NCBI RefSeq assembly: GCF_056746865.1 | Contig: NZ_CM163382.1 | Length of the DNA: 64,000 nt | Reading direction: 5' to 3' (one strand) | In this document: piece by piece, positions 31,178 to 43,174 of the stretch | Numbering within the stretch: the stretch's first letter is position 1 | Layout: every line of letters begins with the position of its first letter | Made by a program: the position numbers and the translations under genes | The notes under the pieces: model-generated | Told to the model about the DNA's origin: nothing | The model's database searches: none | Seen by the model: the letters and a program-made list of their open reading frames with translations, nothing else

Positions 31178-32407
31178 TCATCTGCTACCGTTTAGGAATG
31201 CGGACCTTCTATTGCTTTTTGATTTTACACCATAATAAACAGCATTAATTTGCGTCTTCATCAATAAATATTCACGAAACTTCTTAAACAGTTTCATATC
31301 TGGTTTAAAATCGGCCTGCCAGAATTGGTGCAAATGCCCTTGATACGTCAACCCCTTGATGTCGTACAGAGCATTACCCATCACTTTGAGTGGTTTGTTA
31401 TGAATCAGTGCAGAGATCCCCACTGTACTGTTAATTGTCACAACCGCTTTTGCATGGCGTAATAATTCCGGCATTGGGAGATCGTGTACGTATATGACTC
31501 GCTCGCCTAAGCCATATTCCTTACTCAACCGCTTAATTAATGGTCGATAGAGTCTGTGACCGCGATCCATCGGATGGTGTTTGATCACCAAATAACTCTC
31601 TTTCGGTGCCTTATGCGAAAATGAATATACAACTTCGTTAATATAATCACGCACATCATTATAATTACTGTGATTACGAATTTGGCTATCATTATAAACT
31701 TGTAAAATAACAAGATAGTAACGTTGGTCCAGATCATTCACTAACCGAGCCAATACATTACGTTGCATTATTTTGTAAAATAGCTTACGCCAGTACGCAC
31801 GCCCCCAGCAACGAGCCTCATACCAAGGAGAAAATGATTTGTGATGACGGTAGCGAGTGAATTCATGTCGGTAATGCCATCCCATCAGGTAATACCACAT
31901 TGCATGACCAATACGTTTCATCGTCGAGGGTTTTAAGTTCTCAACATGTGGTGCAGGCATATCTGGTAATTTACGATAAAAGTCAGGATCGCGCGGCAGC
32001 GATGAATACGCGTTTACACCGTCCTCTTCAACAGTAATAAATTGCGGACGTAAATATCCTTCTTCAAATGCCAGAAAGCGGATCCCTTTAGACTTCGCCC
32101 AACGTTTTGCTTCTTTGTGCAATGGACGGCAGTCACCAAAACAGAGAATGGTATCAAAGTCAAATTGCCGGTGGATATCTCGTAACCAACCAGGAAATTC
32201 TTTCGGCGTTTGGTAATAAGCCAGATAGTGTCGATGACGGCAGTAAAAACGATCTCCTCCATTGAATACAACATTCACAGCGTTACGACCTAATGACTCT
32301 AACCACTCGGCAACATCATTGAAGAAAGGTCCCATCGGTCCCTGCAATAGCAGATATTTTTTACCAGATAATAAAATGCTCAGAGCATTATTTTTCATAA
32401 TAATCAA
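31178..32407 (-). CDS. kpsS: capsule polysaccharide biosynthesis protein KpsS
   Basis: 409 aa; …LLSGKKYLLLQGPMGPFF…LAFEEGYLRP… recognised as KpsS. Confidence 0.85.
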   Translation of the reverse strand: MIIMKNNALSILLSGKKYLLLQGPMGPFFNDVAEWLESLGRNAVNVVFNGGDRFYCRHRHYLAYYQTPKEFPGWLRDIHRQFDFDTILCFGDCRPLHKEAKRWAKSKGIRFLAFEEGYLRPQFITVEEDGVNAYSSLPRDPDFYRKLPDMPAPHVENLKPSTMKRIGHAMWYYLMGWHYRHEFTRYRHHKSFSPWYEARCWGRAYWRKLFYKIMQRNVLARLVNDLDQRYYLVILQVYNDSQIRNHSNYNDVRDYINEVVYSFSHKAPKESYLVIKHHPMDRGHRLYRPLIKRLSKEYGLGERVIYVHDLPMPELLRHAKAVVTINSTVGISALIHNKPLKVMGNALYDIKGLTYQGHLHQFWQADFKPDMKLFKKFREYLLMKTQINAVYYGVKSKSNRRSAFLNGSR

Positions 32408-33560
32408 GTAATAGTTGACAATAAAATTTATCAGTTCAGTAAAATTATAAGAATATAATTAATTTCCGTTAACAGCGTATAACTCGTTTCTTTTTTCTGA
32501 TAAAAAATCGAATTTGATTGATGTTTGAAGTAAATATTTCAAAGATTATCCAACCGCAATAGGCTCCAGCCGTATTGGGAGCATAAAATATTGGATAAGC
32601 ACAGATCGCATCTGCGAATCTTAATCTACGCCCGTGACGTGGGGAAAATGGTATACACCAACATTATATCTGTATTAAATTCTAGATTTTCAAGTGTCTG
32701 TCATTTCCTTTAAAAAAGAAAGCGTCGCCATAAACACTCTCTAAACAAAAAACCTATAAGAATAGAATTTATTATAGAACCAAGACGGTTTAGAAACACA
32801 TCTATTACCAAACACTGAACATAACTCTAAACAACATTGAATAAAAATTAATGACTTTTAATATATTTCATATAGTGTATCCTCTGGAGAGCAATATATT
32901 AATCGCTACAGAACGGTTATTAAAAAATATAGAACCAGTGATTGAATCAAAATGACCGATAAACAGTTCAGCAAAGTATAGCAACAGTGACATTTGTTAT
33001 AACAATGATTTTTACTACACGCAAAATATTAACATCACTAAAGTAATGAAAAAACATATTTATCTAAGCACAAAAATACAATATATAGCACATTATAAAA
33101 TAGAATTAAAACAAACCGTAACAACCATGATGCTATATTAATAGTTAAAATATTTTTAGTAAAAGATAAATTACCCCCATTAAAAATTCAAAACTGATGT
33201 TAGTTAACTCATAAGATCCTGCTAATTGATATAACTACGCCCCATGGGATAATGTTTTAATAACAGAACATTATCAGAAAACTGATCCCTCCAAATTTAA
33301 TTATTTTCTTGCTTATTTTATCAATAAAATAGAGTTCTGAAAAGTTATCTTATCTGAAAATATATTAGTGCCATATAGTAACAAAAAATATCAACCTTGC
33401 ATAATGATTTTAACTGTTCAAATAGTGCTCTACCCACATATCACGGGTGACATTTAATATATTTCCTTTGATACTCTACCAATAATAATTTATTGCTGAT
33501 TGTTTAATCACATAATCCCAAACTGCCCTGCAATAATATATTAACTCACAAAAAAAATCA

Positions 33561-35708
33561 TCAGGGTAAAAGTGAACGAAAAAGTCTCAAAGTTTGAGCA
33601 AAAGAAACTAACTTAATTCGCCAACGCTGCCACCACTTAACACCTGCCGTCGTAGCTTTTTTTTGAGTAGATAATAGATGAATTAATTGTTCAGGGCTGC
33701 ACCAAAGCCCTGACTTCCAATCTATATAACGCGGATATTTTACTAATGTAATATATGCTAATGCACTCAACGTTAATGTACGATGGCGTCTTTCTGATGG
33801 ATGCTTATCTTGTGTTAATCCCCAACCACTATAAAACGGCTGTCCCCATGTCGTAACCTTCACTCCTTGAACTAGTGCCTCAAATCCACTAAGCGAAGTC
33901 ATGGTATGTAACTCATTTATGTGTGGATATAGCGATTCCAGTCTAATATCAGATACTTGGCTATCAACACAGTGTGCTAAACAACGCGCCGAAATAGTAC
34001 CTTTTCGATTGCCAGATACCACATCCGGATGAGGTTTGAACAGAATATGTGCATTCGGTTTAGCTTCACGCACAGCCCACAACAACTGTTCATTGCTGCG
34101 GATAATCGGGCTACCACACAAAATGGATGCATCACCATCAACCTGACCAACCACTAGAATCAACTCACGTCCGTCGTTAGGGGGCTCATATTCTTGTGTA
34201 CTCCCCACATTGTATTTACTGACTCGTGATGATTGTAATTGCGCTAATAATGACTCTGCGCGTGCTTCTTCTTTCGCATCTAAAACGTACGTAGTGAGTA
34301 ACTGCTCAAGCTTACTCGGACGGCGGCTATCAAAATAGATTCCAACGGGGTCAATCGAGAGTGATGAAGGTCGACATAAATTAGACCCCAATCCGTTGGA
34401 GCGGATAAAACCATCTTCAATCCGGATCACTGATTGCAGTTCAGGATAACGGTTTCCCCACACCAACACCTGTTCATCATCTTTTAACTGTGAGGGCACA
34501 GTACGAACAAAACAAAGTTCATCTGCCAAATACGCACAAAATGTGCGTATAAAAGCACGCTTCCACAGAGAAAAACCAACGAGATAAAGACGACGCCAAG
34601 GTTTGGGCTCTACCTGCTGCTGAGCCAAAATCGCTACAACATCTTCTACCTCACAACGTTTTCCCAATATAGGATCTAAATAACGCGGATAACGGATCAA
34701 CGCCGCCGCAACTAAGCGGGGCAATGAAATAGATGAAACGCCTTCGGCTGACATTGCTTCTTCACGGCGTATACAACGTTTACTGTCATGCGTTAACCCC
34801 CACCCAGCATAAAATGGCATACCGAAGCAATATACAGGTTTGCCCAACAGCAACGCTTCAAAGCCAACCTGCGATGAAACTGTGTACACCGCATCCACCA
34901 TACGAATTATTCTATGCGGATGGCAAGGTTCACTCACCACCTCAACATCAGCCAGTCGAGGATCACGCCCCACTAAACGTGCTAACACGCCGCTTTTTTT
35001 GCTAAAGCGTGTATCTGGGTGTGTTCGCAACAATAGACGCGCATTAGGGTGATTACGGCGAGCCTCGACCACCATAGAAACAAAATCAGCTTCGCAAGCA
35101 AGAGCCCCAGAAATTGACAAGTCTCCCGCTACTTGATCCACAAGCAAAATACGCGGTCTTGGATCATCCAGTAAACGTGCTAAGTTTGAATGAGCCGTGA
35201 GGGTGAATAACTCAGGTTGTATATGTGTCGGTAAATCTAAAGAAGGCCCGTCAGTAGCACGGACAGAGCCATTAAATGTATGCTCAGTGCTATTGGTATA
35301 GCAGTTATACTTGGTGATTCCTAAACGCAAAATATCAGAGATCAGATGCTCAGCGCGCGCAAGTAAAGCCGTATCAACAGGTTCAATAATAAGCTGTTCT
35401 AATTGACTCGTCTGATGTGCATCATAATATATCCCCAGAGGGTCAGCAATAAGAGAAACCGCCTTTCCTCCTTTTGCTGGGTGCCCGATATAGCCAATAA
35501 AACCATCTTCAAGTTGCCAATAAGATATTCCTAACTCTTGAGCTTTCTGTTTAATCTGCTTAGTATTAGATTTTTTTCCCCAGCCAACTAAAACGTCATT
35601 TTTAGAAAAAGCCTCGTCTCCTTTCATATAAAGCAATGGGTGACCAAGCATAGGCTCAATATTATTTTTTCTGGCAAGAATCCCTTTCGATCCCGTATAT
35701 AAATACAT
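33561..35708 (-). CDS. kpsC: capsule polysaccharide biosynthesis protein KpsC (two-domain)
   Basis: 715 aa; duplicated-domain architecture with motifs …LEDGFIGY… and …IEDGFIRSNGLGS…, …PHPDV…GNRKG…, …HTMTSLSGFEAL…; exact start codon uncertain. Confidence 0.85.
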   Translation of the reverse strand: MYLYTGSKGILARKNNIEPMLGHPLLYMKGDEAFSKNDVLVGWGKKSNTKQIKQKAQELGISYWQLEDGFIGYIGHPAKGGKAVSLIADPLGIYYDAHQTSQLEQLIIEPVDTALLARAEHLISDILRLGITKYNCYTNSTEHTFNGSVRATDGPSLDLPTHIQPELFTLTAHSNLARLLDDPRPRILLVDQVAGDLSISGALACEADFVSMVVEARRNHPNARLLLRTHPDTRFSKKSGVLARLVGRDPRLADVEVVSEPCHPHRIIRMVDAVYTVSSQVGFEALLLGKPVYCFGMPFYAGWGLTHDSKRCIRREEAMSAEGVSSISLPRLVAAALIRYPRYLDPILGKRCEVEDVVAILAQQQVEPKPWRRLYLVGFSLWKRAFIRTFCAYLADELCFVRTVPSQLKDDEQVLVWGNRYPELQSVIRIEDGFIRSNGLGSNLCRPSSLSIDPVGIYFDSRRPSKLEQLLTTYVLDAKEEARAESLLAQLQSSRVSKYNVGSTQEYEPPNDGRELILVVGQVDGDASILCGSPIIRSNEQLLWAVREAKPNAHILFKPHPDVVSGNRKGTISARCLAHCVDSQVSDIRLESLYPHINELHTMTSLSGFEALVQGVKVTTWGQPFYSGWGLTQDKHPSERRHRTLTLSALAYITLVKYPRYIDWKSGLWCSPEQLIHLLSTQKKATTAGVKWWQRWRIKLVSFAQTLRLFRSLLP

Positions 35709-35757
35709 GTTGTCTCTGTGAACTGAAGATTCTCTACAATGGTGTATAAAGTGTGAT

Positions 35758-36309
35758 TTAGATGAACAGCTCTGCGCTCTCTAATGACTTTGCAATACTA
35801 TCTTTTGCTGAAGTGAGAATGTCCGCCTTTAACTCGGGCCACCTAATACCAATTGTAGGATCATTCCATGCAATGCCTCTATCACTGGCAGGGGCATAAT
35901 AATTAGTTGTTTTATACAAAAATTCGGCCGATTCAGTCAGTGTTACAAAACCATGGGCAAATCCTTCCGGAATCCATAACTGTCGTTTGTTTTCCCCTGA
36001 AAGATGAACGCCAACCCATTGTCCGAAGCTCGGTGAGCTTTTGCGAATATCTACCGCAACATCAAACACTTCACCGGCTACACAACGCACTAACTTGCCC
36101 TGGGCATGGGGAGGTAACTGATAGTGCAAGCCACGCAGTACCCCTTTAGAAGATTTTGAGTGATTATCCTGCACAAAGGTAACTGGATATCCTACAGCCT
36201 CTTCAAACAACTTGTGATTAAAACTCTCAAAGAAAAAACCACGCTCATCTCCAAATACTTTTGGCTCAAAAATAAGCACACCAGGAATTGCTGTCTTGAT
36301 TACATTCAT
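35758..36309 (-). CDS. rmlC: dTDP-4-dehydrorhamnose 3,5-epimerase
   Basis: 183 aa; …FGDERGFFFESFN…RGLHYQ… cupin motifs of RmlC. Confidence 0.9.
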   Translation of the reverse strand: MNVIKTAIPGVLIFEPKVFGDERGFFFESFNHKLFEEAVGYPVTFVQDNHSKSSKGVLRGLHYQLPPHAQGKLVRCVAGEVFDVAVDIRKSSPSFGQWVGVHLSGENKRQLWIPEGFAHGFVTLTESAEFLYKTTNYYAPASDRGIAWNDPTIGIRWPELKADILTSAKDSIAKSLESAELFI

Positions 36310-36374
36310 CTATATGCCCACATTTAATTAAATATTTTTAGGGGAAGCATATTCCCTCCCCCTTCTCAATTACA

Positions 36375-37253
36375 TCACGCCTTATCAATCATTTTTAATA
36401 AATATTGCCCATAGGCGTTTTTTGCCAACGGAGCAGCAAGCTCACGAACCTGGTCGGCACTAATAAACTTCTGGCGATAAGCAATCTCTTCCGGACAAGC
36501 CACTTTCAATCCCTGACGCGTCTCGATGGTCTGAATAAAGTTACTCGCTTCAATTAGGCTTTCGTGGGTACCGGTATCAAGCCAGGCATAACCACGCCCC
36601 ATCATTGCCACCGATAGATTGCCTTGCTCCAGGTAAATACGGTTCACATCGGTGATTTCCAACTCACCACGCGGCGATGGCTTGAGACCCTTGGCAACGT
36701 CCACAACGCTGTTGTCGTAGAAATAGAGGCCGGTGACTGCGTAGCTACTCTTAGGCTCCAGTGGTTTTTCTTCCAGTGAAATAGCGGTACCTTGATTATC
36801 AAATTCGACCACTCCATAACGTTCCGGGTCGTGCACATGATAGGCAAATACAGTAGCACCGGTCTCTTTGGCCGCGGCTGCCTCCAACTGTTTCTGTAGG
36901 TCATGACCGTAGAAGATGTTATCCCCCAGCACCAGTGCACACGGGGCTGAACCAATGAATTCTTCACCCAGAATAAAAGCTTGTGCCAACCCGTCTGGGC
37001 TTGGCTGAACCTCATATTGTAAATTCAGTCCCCAGTGGCTGCCATCACCCAGCAATCGCTGAAAGCGAGGAGTATCTTGTGGAGTGCTAATGATCAAAAT
37101 ATCGCGAATTCCAGCCAGCATCAGGGTGCTCAGCGGGTAGTAGATCATCGGCTTGTCATAGATGGGCAACAACTGCTTGCTCACCGCCATAGTAACCGGA
37201 TAGAGACGTGTACCAGATCCACCGGCCAGAATAATACCTTTACGTTTAGTCAT
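36375..37253 (-). CDS. rmlA: glucose-1-phosphate thymidylyltransferase
   Basis: 292 aa; [21 protein letters not shown]… signature. Confidence 0.9.
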   Translation of the reverse strand: MTKRKGIILAGGSGTRLYPVTMAVSKQLLPIYDKPMIYYPLSTLMLAGIRDILIISTPQDTPRFQRLLGDGSHWGLNLQYEVQPSPDGLAQAFILGEEFIGSAPCALVLGDNIFYGHDLQKQLEAAAAKETGATVFAYHVHDPERYGVVEFDNQGTAISLEEKPLEPKSSYAVTGLYFYDNSVVDVAKGLKPSPRGELEITDVNRIYLEQGNLSVAMMGRGYAWLDTGTHESLIEASNFIQTIETRQGLKVACPEEIAYRQKFISADQVRELAAPLAKNAYGQYLLKMIDKA

Positions 37254-37333
37254 GATGCTTGTTTCTTATTTTTAAATTACATAAGAATAAAGTGGCTTGA
37301 GCCGCGCCTTTCTGTTTTATCCTCACCTGTGGT

Positions 37334-38221
37334 TTACTTCCCCATGATCTCAGTCAACATCCGCTCAACACCGACTGACCAGTCCGGCAAAACCAGATCA
37401 AATGTACGCTGGAATTTTTTAGTATCAAGTCGGGAATTATGAGGGCGTTTCGCCGGGGTCGGAAAGGCGCCTGTCGGCACTGCATTAAGCTGTGTGACTG
37501 CCAGTTCAACTCCTGCGTCTCTGGCTTTGTCAAACACCAACCGGGCGTAGTCAAACCAAGTGGTAGTACCGGAGGCAGCCAAATGGTACAGCCCGGCAAC
37601 GTCGGGTTTGCTCTGTGCAACTCGGATTGCATGGGCGGTACAATCGGCCAGCAACTCAGCTCCAGTTGGAGCGCCAAACTGATCATTAATGACCGATATC
37701 TCGCGACGCTCTTTGCCAAGACGCAGCATAGTTTTGGCGAAGTTGGCACCGCGCGCAGCATAAACCCAACTGGTACGAAAGATAAGGTGACGTGAGCAGA
37801 GTGCCGCACCGTGTTCCCCTGCCAGCTTGGTTTCGCCATAGACGTTGAGCGGGGAAATCACATCGGTTTCCACCCAAGGACGTTCACCACTTCCATCGAA
37901 AACATAGTCGGTGGAATAATGTACTAGCCACGCACCTAATGCTTCAGCTTCTTTGGCAATAACCGCCACACTAGTTGCATTGAGTAACTCGGCAAATTCC
38001 CGCTCACTCTCCGCTTTGTCGACTGCAGTATGGGCCGCTGCGTTAACAATCACATCCGGCTTGACGAGACGTACCGTTTCAGCCACCCCTGCAGAATTGC
38101 TAAAATCACCGCAATAGTCGGTGGAGTCAAAATCAACGGCAGTGATGTGCCCCAGAGGCGCCAATGCACGCTGCAGCTCCCATCCTACCTGACCATTTTT
38201 GCCAAACAACAGAATATGCAT
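37334..38221 (-). CDS. rmlD: dTDP-4-dehydrorhamnose reductase
   Basis: 295 aa; [20 protein letters not shown]…; start overlaps the rmlB stop (ATGA). Confidence 0.9.
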   Translation of the reverse strand: MHILLFGKNGQVGWELQRALAPLGHITAVDFDSTDYCGDFSNSAGVAETVRLVKPDVIVNAAAHTAVDKAESEREFAELLNATSVAVIAKEAEALGAWLVHYSTDYVFDGSGERPWVETDVISPLNVYGETKLAGEHGAALCSRHLIFRTSWVYAARGANFAKTMLRLGKERREISVINDQFGAPTGAELLADCTAHAIRVAQSKPDVAGLYHLAASGTTTWFDYARLVFDKARDAGVELAVTQLNAVPTGAFPTPAKRPHNSRLDTKKFQRTFDLVLPDWSVGVERMLTEIMGK

Positions 38222-39306
38222 CAGGTACGCTCCCTATAGTTTTGTTCAATCCAGGATTGGTAGGCACCACTCTTGACGTTGTTAATCCATTGTTGATTAT
38301 CCAGATACCACTGCACGGTCTTGCGAATACCAGACTCAAAAGTCTCCTCTGGCTGCCAATCCAACGCAGCGCTCATCTTGCAAGCATCAATCGCATATCG
38401 GCGATCGTGTCCGGGGCGATCCGCCACATAAGTAATTTGATCGCGATAAGAGCCAGCTTTCGGTACCATCTCGTCAAGCAGATCACAAATAGTATGTACT
38501 ACATCCAGGTTCTGCTTCTCGTTGTGACCGCCTATGTTATAAGTCTCCCCGACCAAGCCAGTGGTCACTACCTTGTAGAGTGCTCGTGCATGATCTTCCA
38601 CATACAACCAGTCACGAATTTGGTCACCTTTACCATAAACCGGCAGCGGCTTGCCATCCAGCGCATTGAGGATCACTAGCGGGATCAGCTTCTCGGGAAA
38701 GTGGTAAGGGCCATAGTTGTTGGAGCAGTTAGTGACAATGGTTGGCAGGCCGTACGTACGGTACCAAGCACGCACCAGATGATCGCTGGAAGCCTTGGAG
38801 GCAGAATAGGGACTGCTAGGAGCGTAGGAGGTAGTTTCGGTAAAGAGCGGCAATGCCTCACCGGAGGCTACTTCATCCGGATGGGGCAGATCGCCATATA
38901 CTTCATCGGTAGAAATATGGTGGAAGCGAAAGGCCGCCTTGCTCAACTCGCCCAGACTGCTCCAATAGGCGCGAGCCGCTTCCAGCAATGTATAGGTGCC
39001 TACGATATTGGTTTCGATAAAGTCGGCTGGCCCTGTGATAGAACGATCAACATGGCTTTCAGCAGCCAGATGCATCACGGCATCTGGCTGGTGCAGAGCA
39101 AACACCCGATCCAACTCAGCACGATTACAGATATCAACTTGTTCAAACGAATAACGCTCACTTGACGATACACTGGCCAAAGATTCCAAATTGCCAGCAT
39201 AGGTGAGTTTATCCAGATTGATAACGGAGTCTCCAGTATCACTAATGATATGACGCACCACGGCAGAGCCGATAAAACCAGCACCGCCAGTAACGAGAAT
39301 CTTCAT
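38221..39306 (-). CDS. rmlB: dTDP-glucose 4,6-dehydratase
   Basis: 361 aa; [21 protein letters not shown]… Rossmann motif and SDR catalytic region. Confidence 0.9.
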   Translation of the reverse strand: MKILVTGGAGFIGSAVVRHIISDTGDSVINLDKLTYAGNLESLASVSSSERYSFEQVDICNRAELDRVFALHQPDAVMHLAAESHVDRSITGPADFIETNIVGTYTLLEAARAYWSSLGELSKAAFRFHHISTDEVYGDLPHPDEVASGEALPLFTETTSYAPSSPYSASKASSDHLVRAWYRTYGLPTIVTNCSNNYGPYHFPEKLIPLVILNALDGKPLPVYGKGDQIRDWLYVEDHARALYKVVTTGLVGETYNIGGHNEKQNLDVVHTICDLLDEMVPKAGSYRDQITYVADRPGHDRRYAIDACKMSAALDWQPEETFESGIRKTVQWYLDNQQWINNVKSGAYQSWIEQNYRERT

Positions 39307-40030
39307 ATATTTCGCTCTCTTATTTTACAATTAATAGCTATTAAAAATAAACTTGTTGACTCCGATATATTAGAAATATCGGGATACCGAACTAAATATT
39401 TTTATATGCTTTTGCCAAGCAGACTCTATATCCACCCTGTATCACTATGCTTTCTGGCATACAATATCCCATCATTGACACAATGATAAACATATAAATA
39501 AAGAAAATTTTAAATCATATAACCAAATTACTTTCACTTTATTATCAATAAGTATTTTGATAAGAATACCTATACCACAGGGAGCCCCCTGAAACATAAT
39601 ATTAGCGAAGAATGATAACTGATAGTTACCATCTTAGAGATAAAAACTTATTTGTGTGGCGGGCATGACATGCCAGAGAATAAAATAGACTCAAAAAAAA
39701 TCACTAAGGGAGTTATTTGCAGCAAGAGAATTTCTTAGTCACTTGATTCAAAACAATCAAATTAAAAAGCGTTTTGATTATTAGCCTTATTTTATATATT
39801 GTGTCGTTACAGATAAAGTAAAAAACACATAATGGCATTTTCGGTTGACATATGTATTAACATATATTGCTTTATCATATAACCATATTTCAATTCAACT
39901 TACACTCTCAAGTTAATTGAAGCAGGCAATGCCTAATATATTTTTGCATCATAACCTATGATTAATATTAAAACACCAATCAGTTCGATTTTTAAACATT
40001 CAATAGCACCAATTAAATAAAAATATCTTT

Positions 40031-41062
40031 TTACTCGACACCTACAATTTTACAAGCATATTTTTTAGCATTGAACGCCAACTCGCTACGTTTATGATCT
40101 GCACTAACAAGTAATGAAAGAGCTTTTATCCATATATGTGGGTCATTCTCCAGCAAGATTCCATTTACATTTTGTTCAATGAAGTCACTATATGGTACAC
40201 AATTACTATATAAACCTACAGCCCCCATTCTGACAAAATCATAAAATTTTACGGGGCCGCGAGCCGAATTAAAGTCAGAGTCAAGTAATGGTGCTAACCC
40301 GATATCCAGATGATGAGTCTTGGTATACGCAAGATAATTTTGCCAACTCATCGGATGCAGTACTGAAACTCTTGGTAGGTCACGATAATATTTATAAATA
40401 TCATGCTCGCCAAAAATTTCAAAGCTGGCACGGGGACATTCTCCCAATACCCCCTCTACGATTTGTCTCAACCAATATTTTTCTTCCCGATGAGAACTTG
40501 AGCCATGATAAGCGATTTTTACTGATCGATGTGTTTCAATGAGTGCCAGTGACGGTTTAGCAGAAACAATCTCCGGGTTAAGATGTGCATATTTATTAGC
40601 CAAATAGGCAGTTGAAACCCAAATGTTATCACAATATTGCGTAATCCATCGATGCTGAGCCGCCGACCTCCTTATTATCTTGGTACGATACTCTTTTGGT
40701 AACGTAGATAGTGCAGTCGGGTCAAACAGGTCGTCATCCATAAAATAAACAATTCGAGAAAACCTGTCGTTATATCTTTCTATGTGCTGTTGCCATTTTG
40801 GGGAGATGAATCTAATGACGACAAGGGCAGATCCTCTAGGAATAAATATATCAGTGGATGCTAATGTGTCGATAAAATGACATTCTGCATCAGGAAACCG
40901 ACTTATAATAGCCGATTCAAAATAGGCTAATGTAGGTGATTTTCCCTCATGTAATATAAACAATCGTTCAAAGTTAATCTCAGAGCTTTGCTGACTTCTA
41001 TAACTCTGTTTATTTAATTTACGATAAGGCTTAAATAGTTTCCTGCGAATTAATTCATCCAT
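40031..41062 (-). CDS. hypothetical protein, putative glycosyltransferase of the capsule serotype region
   Basis: 343-aa ORF, AT-rich, first gene after a 0.7-kb AT-rich spacer; no firm motif recognised. Confidence 0.4.
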   Translation of the reverse strand: MDELIRRKLFKPYRKLNKQSYRSQQSSEINFERLFILHEGKSPTLAYFESAIISRFPDAECHFIDTLASTDIFIPRGSALVVIRFISPKWQQHIERYNDRFSRIVYFMDDDLFDPTALSTLPKEYRTKIIRRSAAQHRWITQYCDNIWVSTAYLANKYAHLNPEIVSAKPSLALIETHRSVKIAYHGSSSHREEKYWLRQIVEGVLGECPRASFEIFGEHDIYKYYRDLPRVSVLHPMSWQNYLAYTKTHHLDIGLAPLLDSDFNSARGPVKFYDFVRMGAVGLYSNCVPYSDFIEQNVNGILLENDPHIWIKALSLLVSADHKRSELAFNAKKYACKIVGVE

Positions 41063-43071
41063 GGCAATACTATATTAGGAGCTCTACTTAAAGAGAAATC
41101 AGGACGTTCATAACTCAAATTTTGGTTGTAGGCTGGATCGTGTTTAAGTGCACATGCCCATCGTTTTTTCATATAGCGCAACTCAGATTTCGCTCGTATC
41201 TGCTGTTGTTTTGATACATCTTTACCACGGGAAATAGACTCATGATGATACAATTCAGCGAAGGGAGTCCAGATTACTCTCCAGCCAGCATCTCGAACTC
41301 TGAGACAATAATCTACGTCATTAAAAGCTATCGGCAAATTCGTTTCATCAAGTCCTCCGAGCGCCAGATATAACTCTTTATGAGTCAATAAACAAGCTGC
41401 AGTCACAGCTGACAGCTCTTGGGCACTAACAGCCCTACGCTGATATCCAGGATCGTTAGCTGACAAACCATTATGAAAATGATCTGCACAACCGCCAGGG
41501 CCGACAGCATCGCCTGCATGCTGAATCAAGCCATTTCCGTAATACAGCTTTGCTCCTACCACACCCACGCCGGGGCGTAATAAATGAGAAACCATTTCAT
41601 CCAGCCAGTCAATACTGATTACCTGAGTATCATTATTCAGCAAACATATCATATCTCCATGTGCGTTTCTCACTGCCAGATTGTTGATGGCTGAATAGTT
41701 AAACGGTTGATCATAAGAAATCACCCTAACGCCATAAACCTGTTCGATATGAGCAAGATAAGCAAGCGTCTCCTCCTCATCGCTCTGATTATCCATCACT
41801 ATGACTTCCATATTGGCATATTGCGTCTTTTGTATCAGGCTTTCGATACAAGGGCGTAAATGAGCAATACCATTTCTAGTAGGGATAATCACTGAAACCA
41901 ATGGCAATTGCGCTGGCAACGGCCAGCGCCAACGACATACACCATGAGGTGCTGCCTCAATGCTCACTCCTGATGGCAGTAAATCTTCTTTATCTTTCAG
42001 CGACTCAAAATCATCCGAAATCAACGCTCTTGCAGGCAAATGCATCATCAATGATGGAATATGGACTATCTGTTTCGGTTCACACATCTTTGCCAACTGT
42101 AGCCACCACTGATGACATGCCGCCGAATCAAAGGGAACACGGCCAGCACCATGTTCACGCCACAAACCACACCAACTAATATAGTTTTGGCTCTGTAGCA
42201 GCGTTTCATTCCAATCAGGTTTAAAGTTGGGAGAGTGACGTTCGCCTCTCTCGTCAAGCAGATCGTGATCACCGTATATCCATAAACAATCAGGATTCTG
42301 GCGTAACTGGTGGGCAACCCAAAATAAGGCGCCGGGCGAAACCACTGCCCCTACAGGCAACACCCACTGCCATTCGCCGCCTGACTGACTGGAGATTTCT
42401 GGATATGCACTATGCTCCTGCAGACTTATATTGCTTGCCGGATAACAGAGTGCCTGAATACTCTCCAGGGTCTTGTTGCGGCTCTGTTCATCCCCAACGC
42501 CAACAAGATGCAAACAGAAACGTGGTAATGTGCCCCAGCGAGCCAGCTGGCGCTTAATCAGCTTGTATTCGGCGGGTTCAAGGGTGTCGAAGTCTGCTAG
42601 CCACTCATCATAGCTATTGAGTGGCTTATCATCGCGAACTCTGCTGACAAGTTGGTAAGCCTGCTGCAAGTCCGTGAGCCACAAATGCCATGAAAGGCCT
42701 AACCTTTTGCGTCTGGACTTCGTTAAGCGTCGGTAAAAAGGCAAAACCCGGCGCAATCGACGCCAGAGACTCTCGGCGCGTGATACACAACAAAGCTGAG
42801 CAATCTCAACATTACACTCAGCGCCCTTAGTACTTGCCAGCAAAGACAAATGACTAGCTCCCGTGGGTAGATAAACCAGCTCCAGCAACGTGCCTCGACG
42901 AGTGACCGGCAACATCTGTTCATGCCATATTCCTTGTCCGCATTGCCAGCGCAGAAGAGTTTCACCTCGAGTTTGAGTCGTCGACACGCGCCCCCGAATC
43001 AGAAGCCAACCAGCATGAAGAGAAAACGAGTCTGGCAATGTCAGAGGCTGCCAATCGCGATAGCTACACAT
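41050..43071 (-). CDS. family 2 glycosyltransferase with N-terminal extension
   Basis: 673 aa; GT-A signature …VSVIIPTRNGIAHLRPCIESL…VIVMDNQSDEE…. Confidence 0.7.
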   Translation of the reverse strand: MCSYRDWQPLTLPDSFSLHAGWLLIRGRVSTTQTRGETLLRWQCGQGIWHEQMLPVTRRGTLLELVYLPTGASHLSLLASTKGAECNVEIAQLCCVSRAESLWRRLRRVLPFYRRLTKSRRKRLGLSWHLWLTDLQQAYQLVSRVRDDKPLNSYDEWLADFDTLEPAEYKLIKRQLARWGTLPRFCLHLVGVGDEQSRNKTLESIQALCYPASNISLQEHSAYPEISSQSGGEWQWVLPVGAVVSPGALFWVAHQLRQNPDCLWIYGDHDLLDERGERHSPNFKPDWNETLLQSQNYISWCGLWREHGAGRVPFDSAACHQWWLQLAKMCEPKQIVHIPSLMMHLPARALISDDFESLKDKEDLLPSGVSIEAAPHGVCRWRWPLPAQLPLVSVIIPTRNGIAHLRPCIESLIQKTQYANMEVIVMDNQSDEEETLAYLAHIEQVYGVRVISYDQPFNYSAINNLAVRNAHGDMICLLNNDTQVISIDWLDEMVSHLLRPGVGVVGAKLYYGNGLIQHAGDAVGPGGCADHFHNGLSANDPGYQRRAVSAQELSAVTAACLLTHKELYLALGGLDETNLPIAFNDVDYCLRVRDAGWRVIWTPFAELYHHESISRGKDVSKQQQIRAKSELRYMKKRWACALKHDPAYNQNLSYERPDFSLSRAPNIVLPWMN

Positions 43072-43174
43072 AATATAACTTACAGTCCAAAGTAACAGAT
43101 GGGGGATACAGATCCTTATTAGCAGGCCTGTAGATAAGAGCAGAAATAAACACCAAAGCGCTTGCTCAATATAT

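Noticed and set aside
32014-32274. 86-aa minus-strand ORF nested within kpsS in another frame
   Set aside because: Entirely contained in the kpsS coding region; kpsS has strong, recognisable homology, so the nested ORF is taken as a frame artefact.
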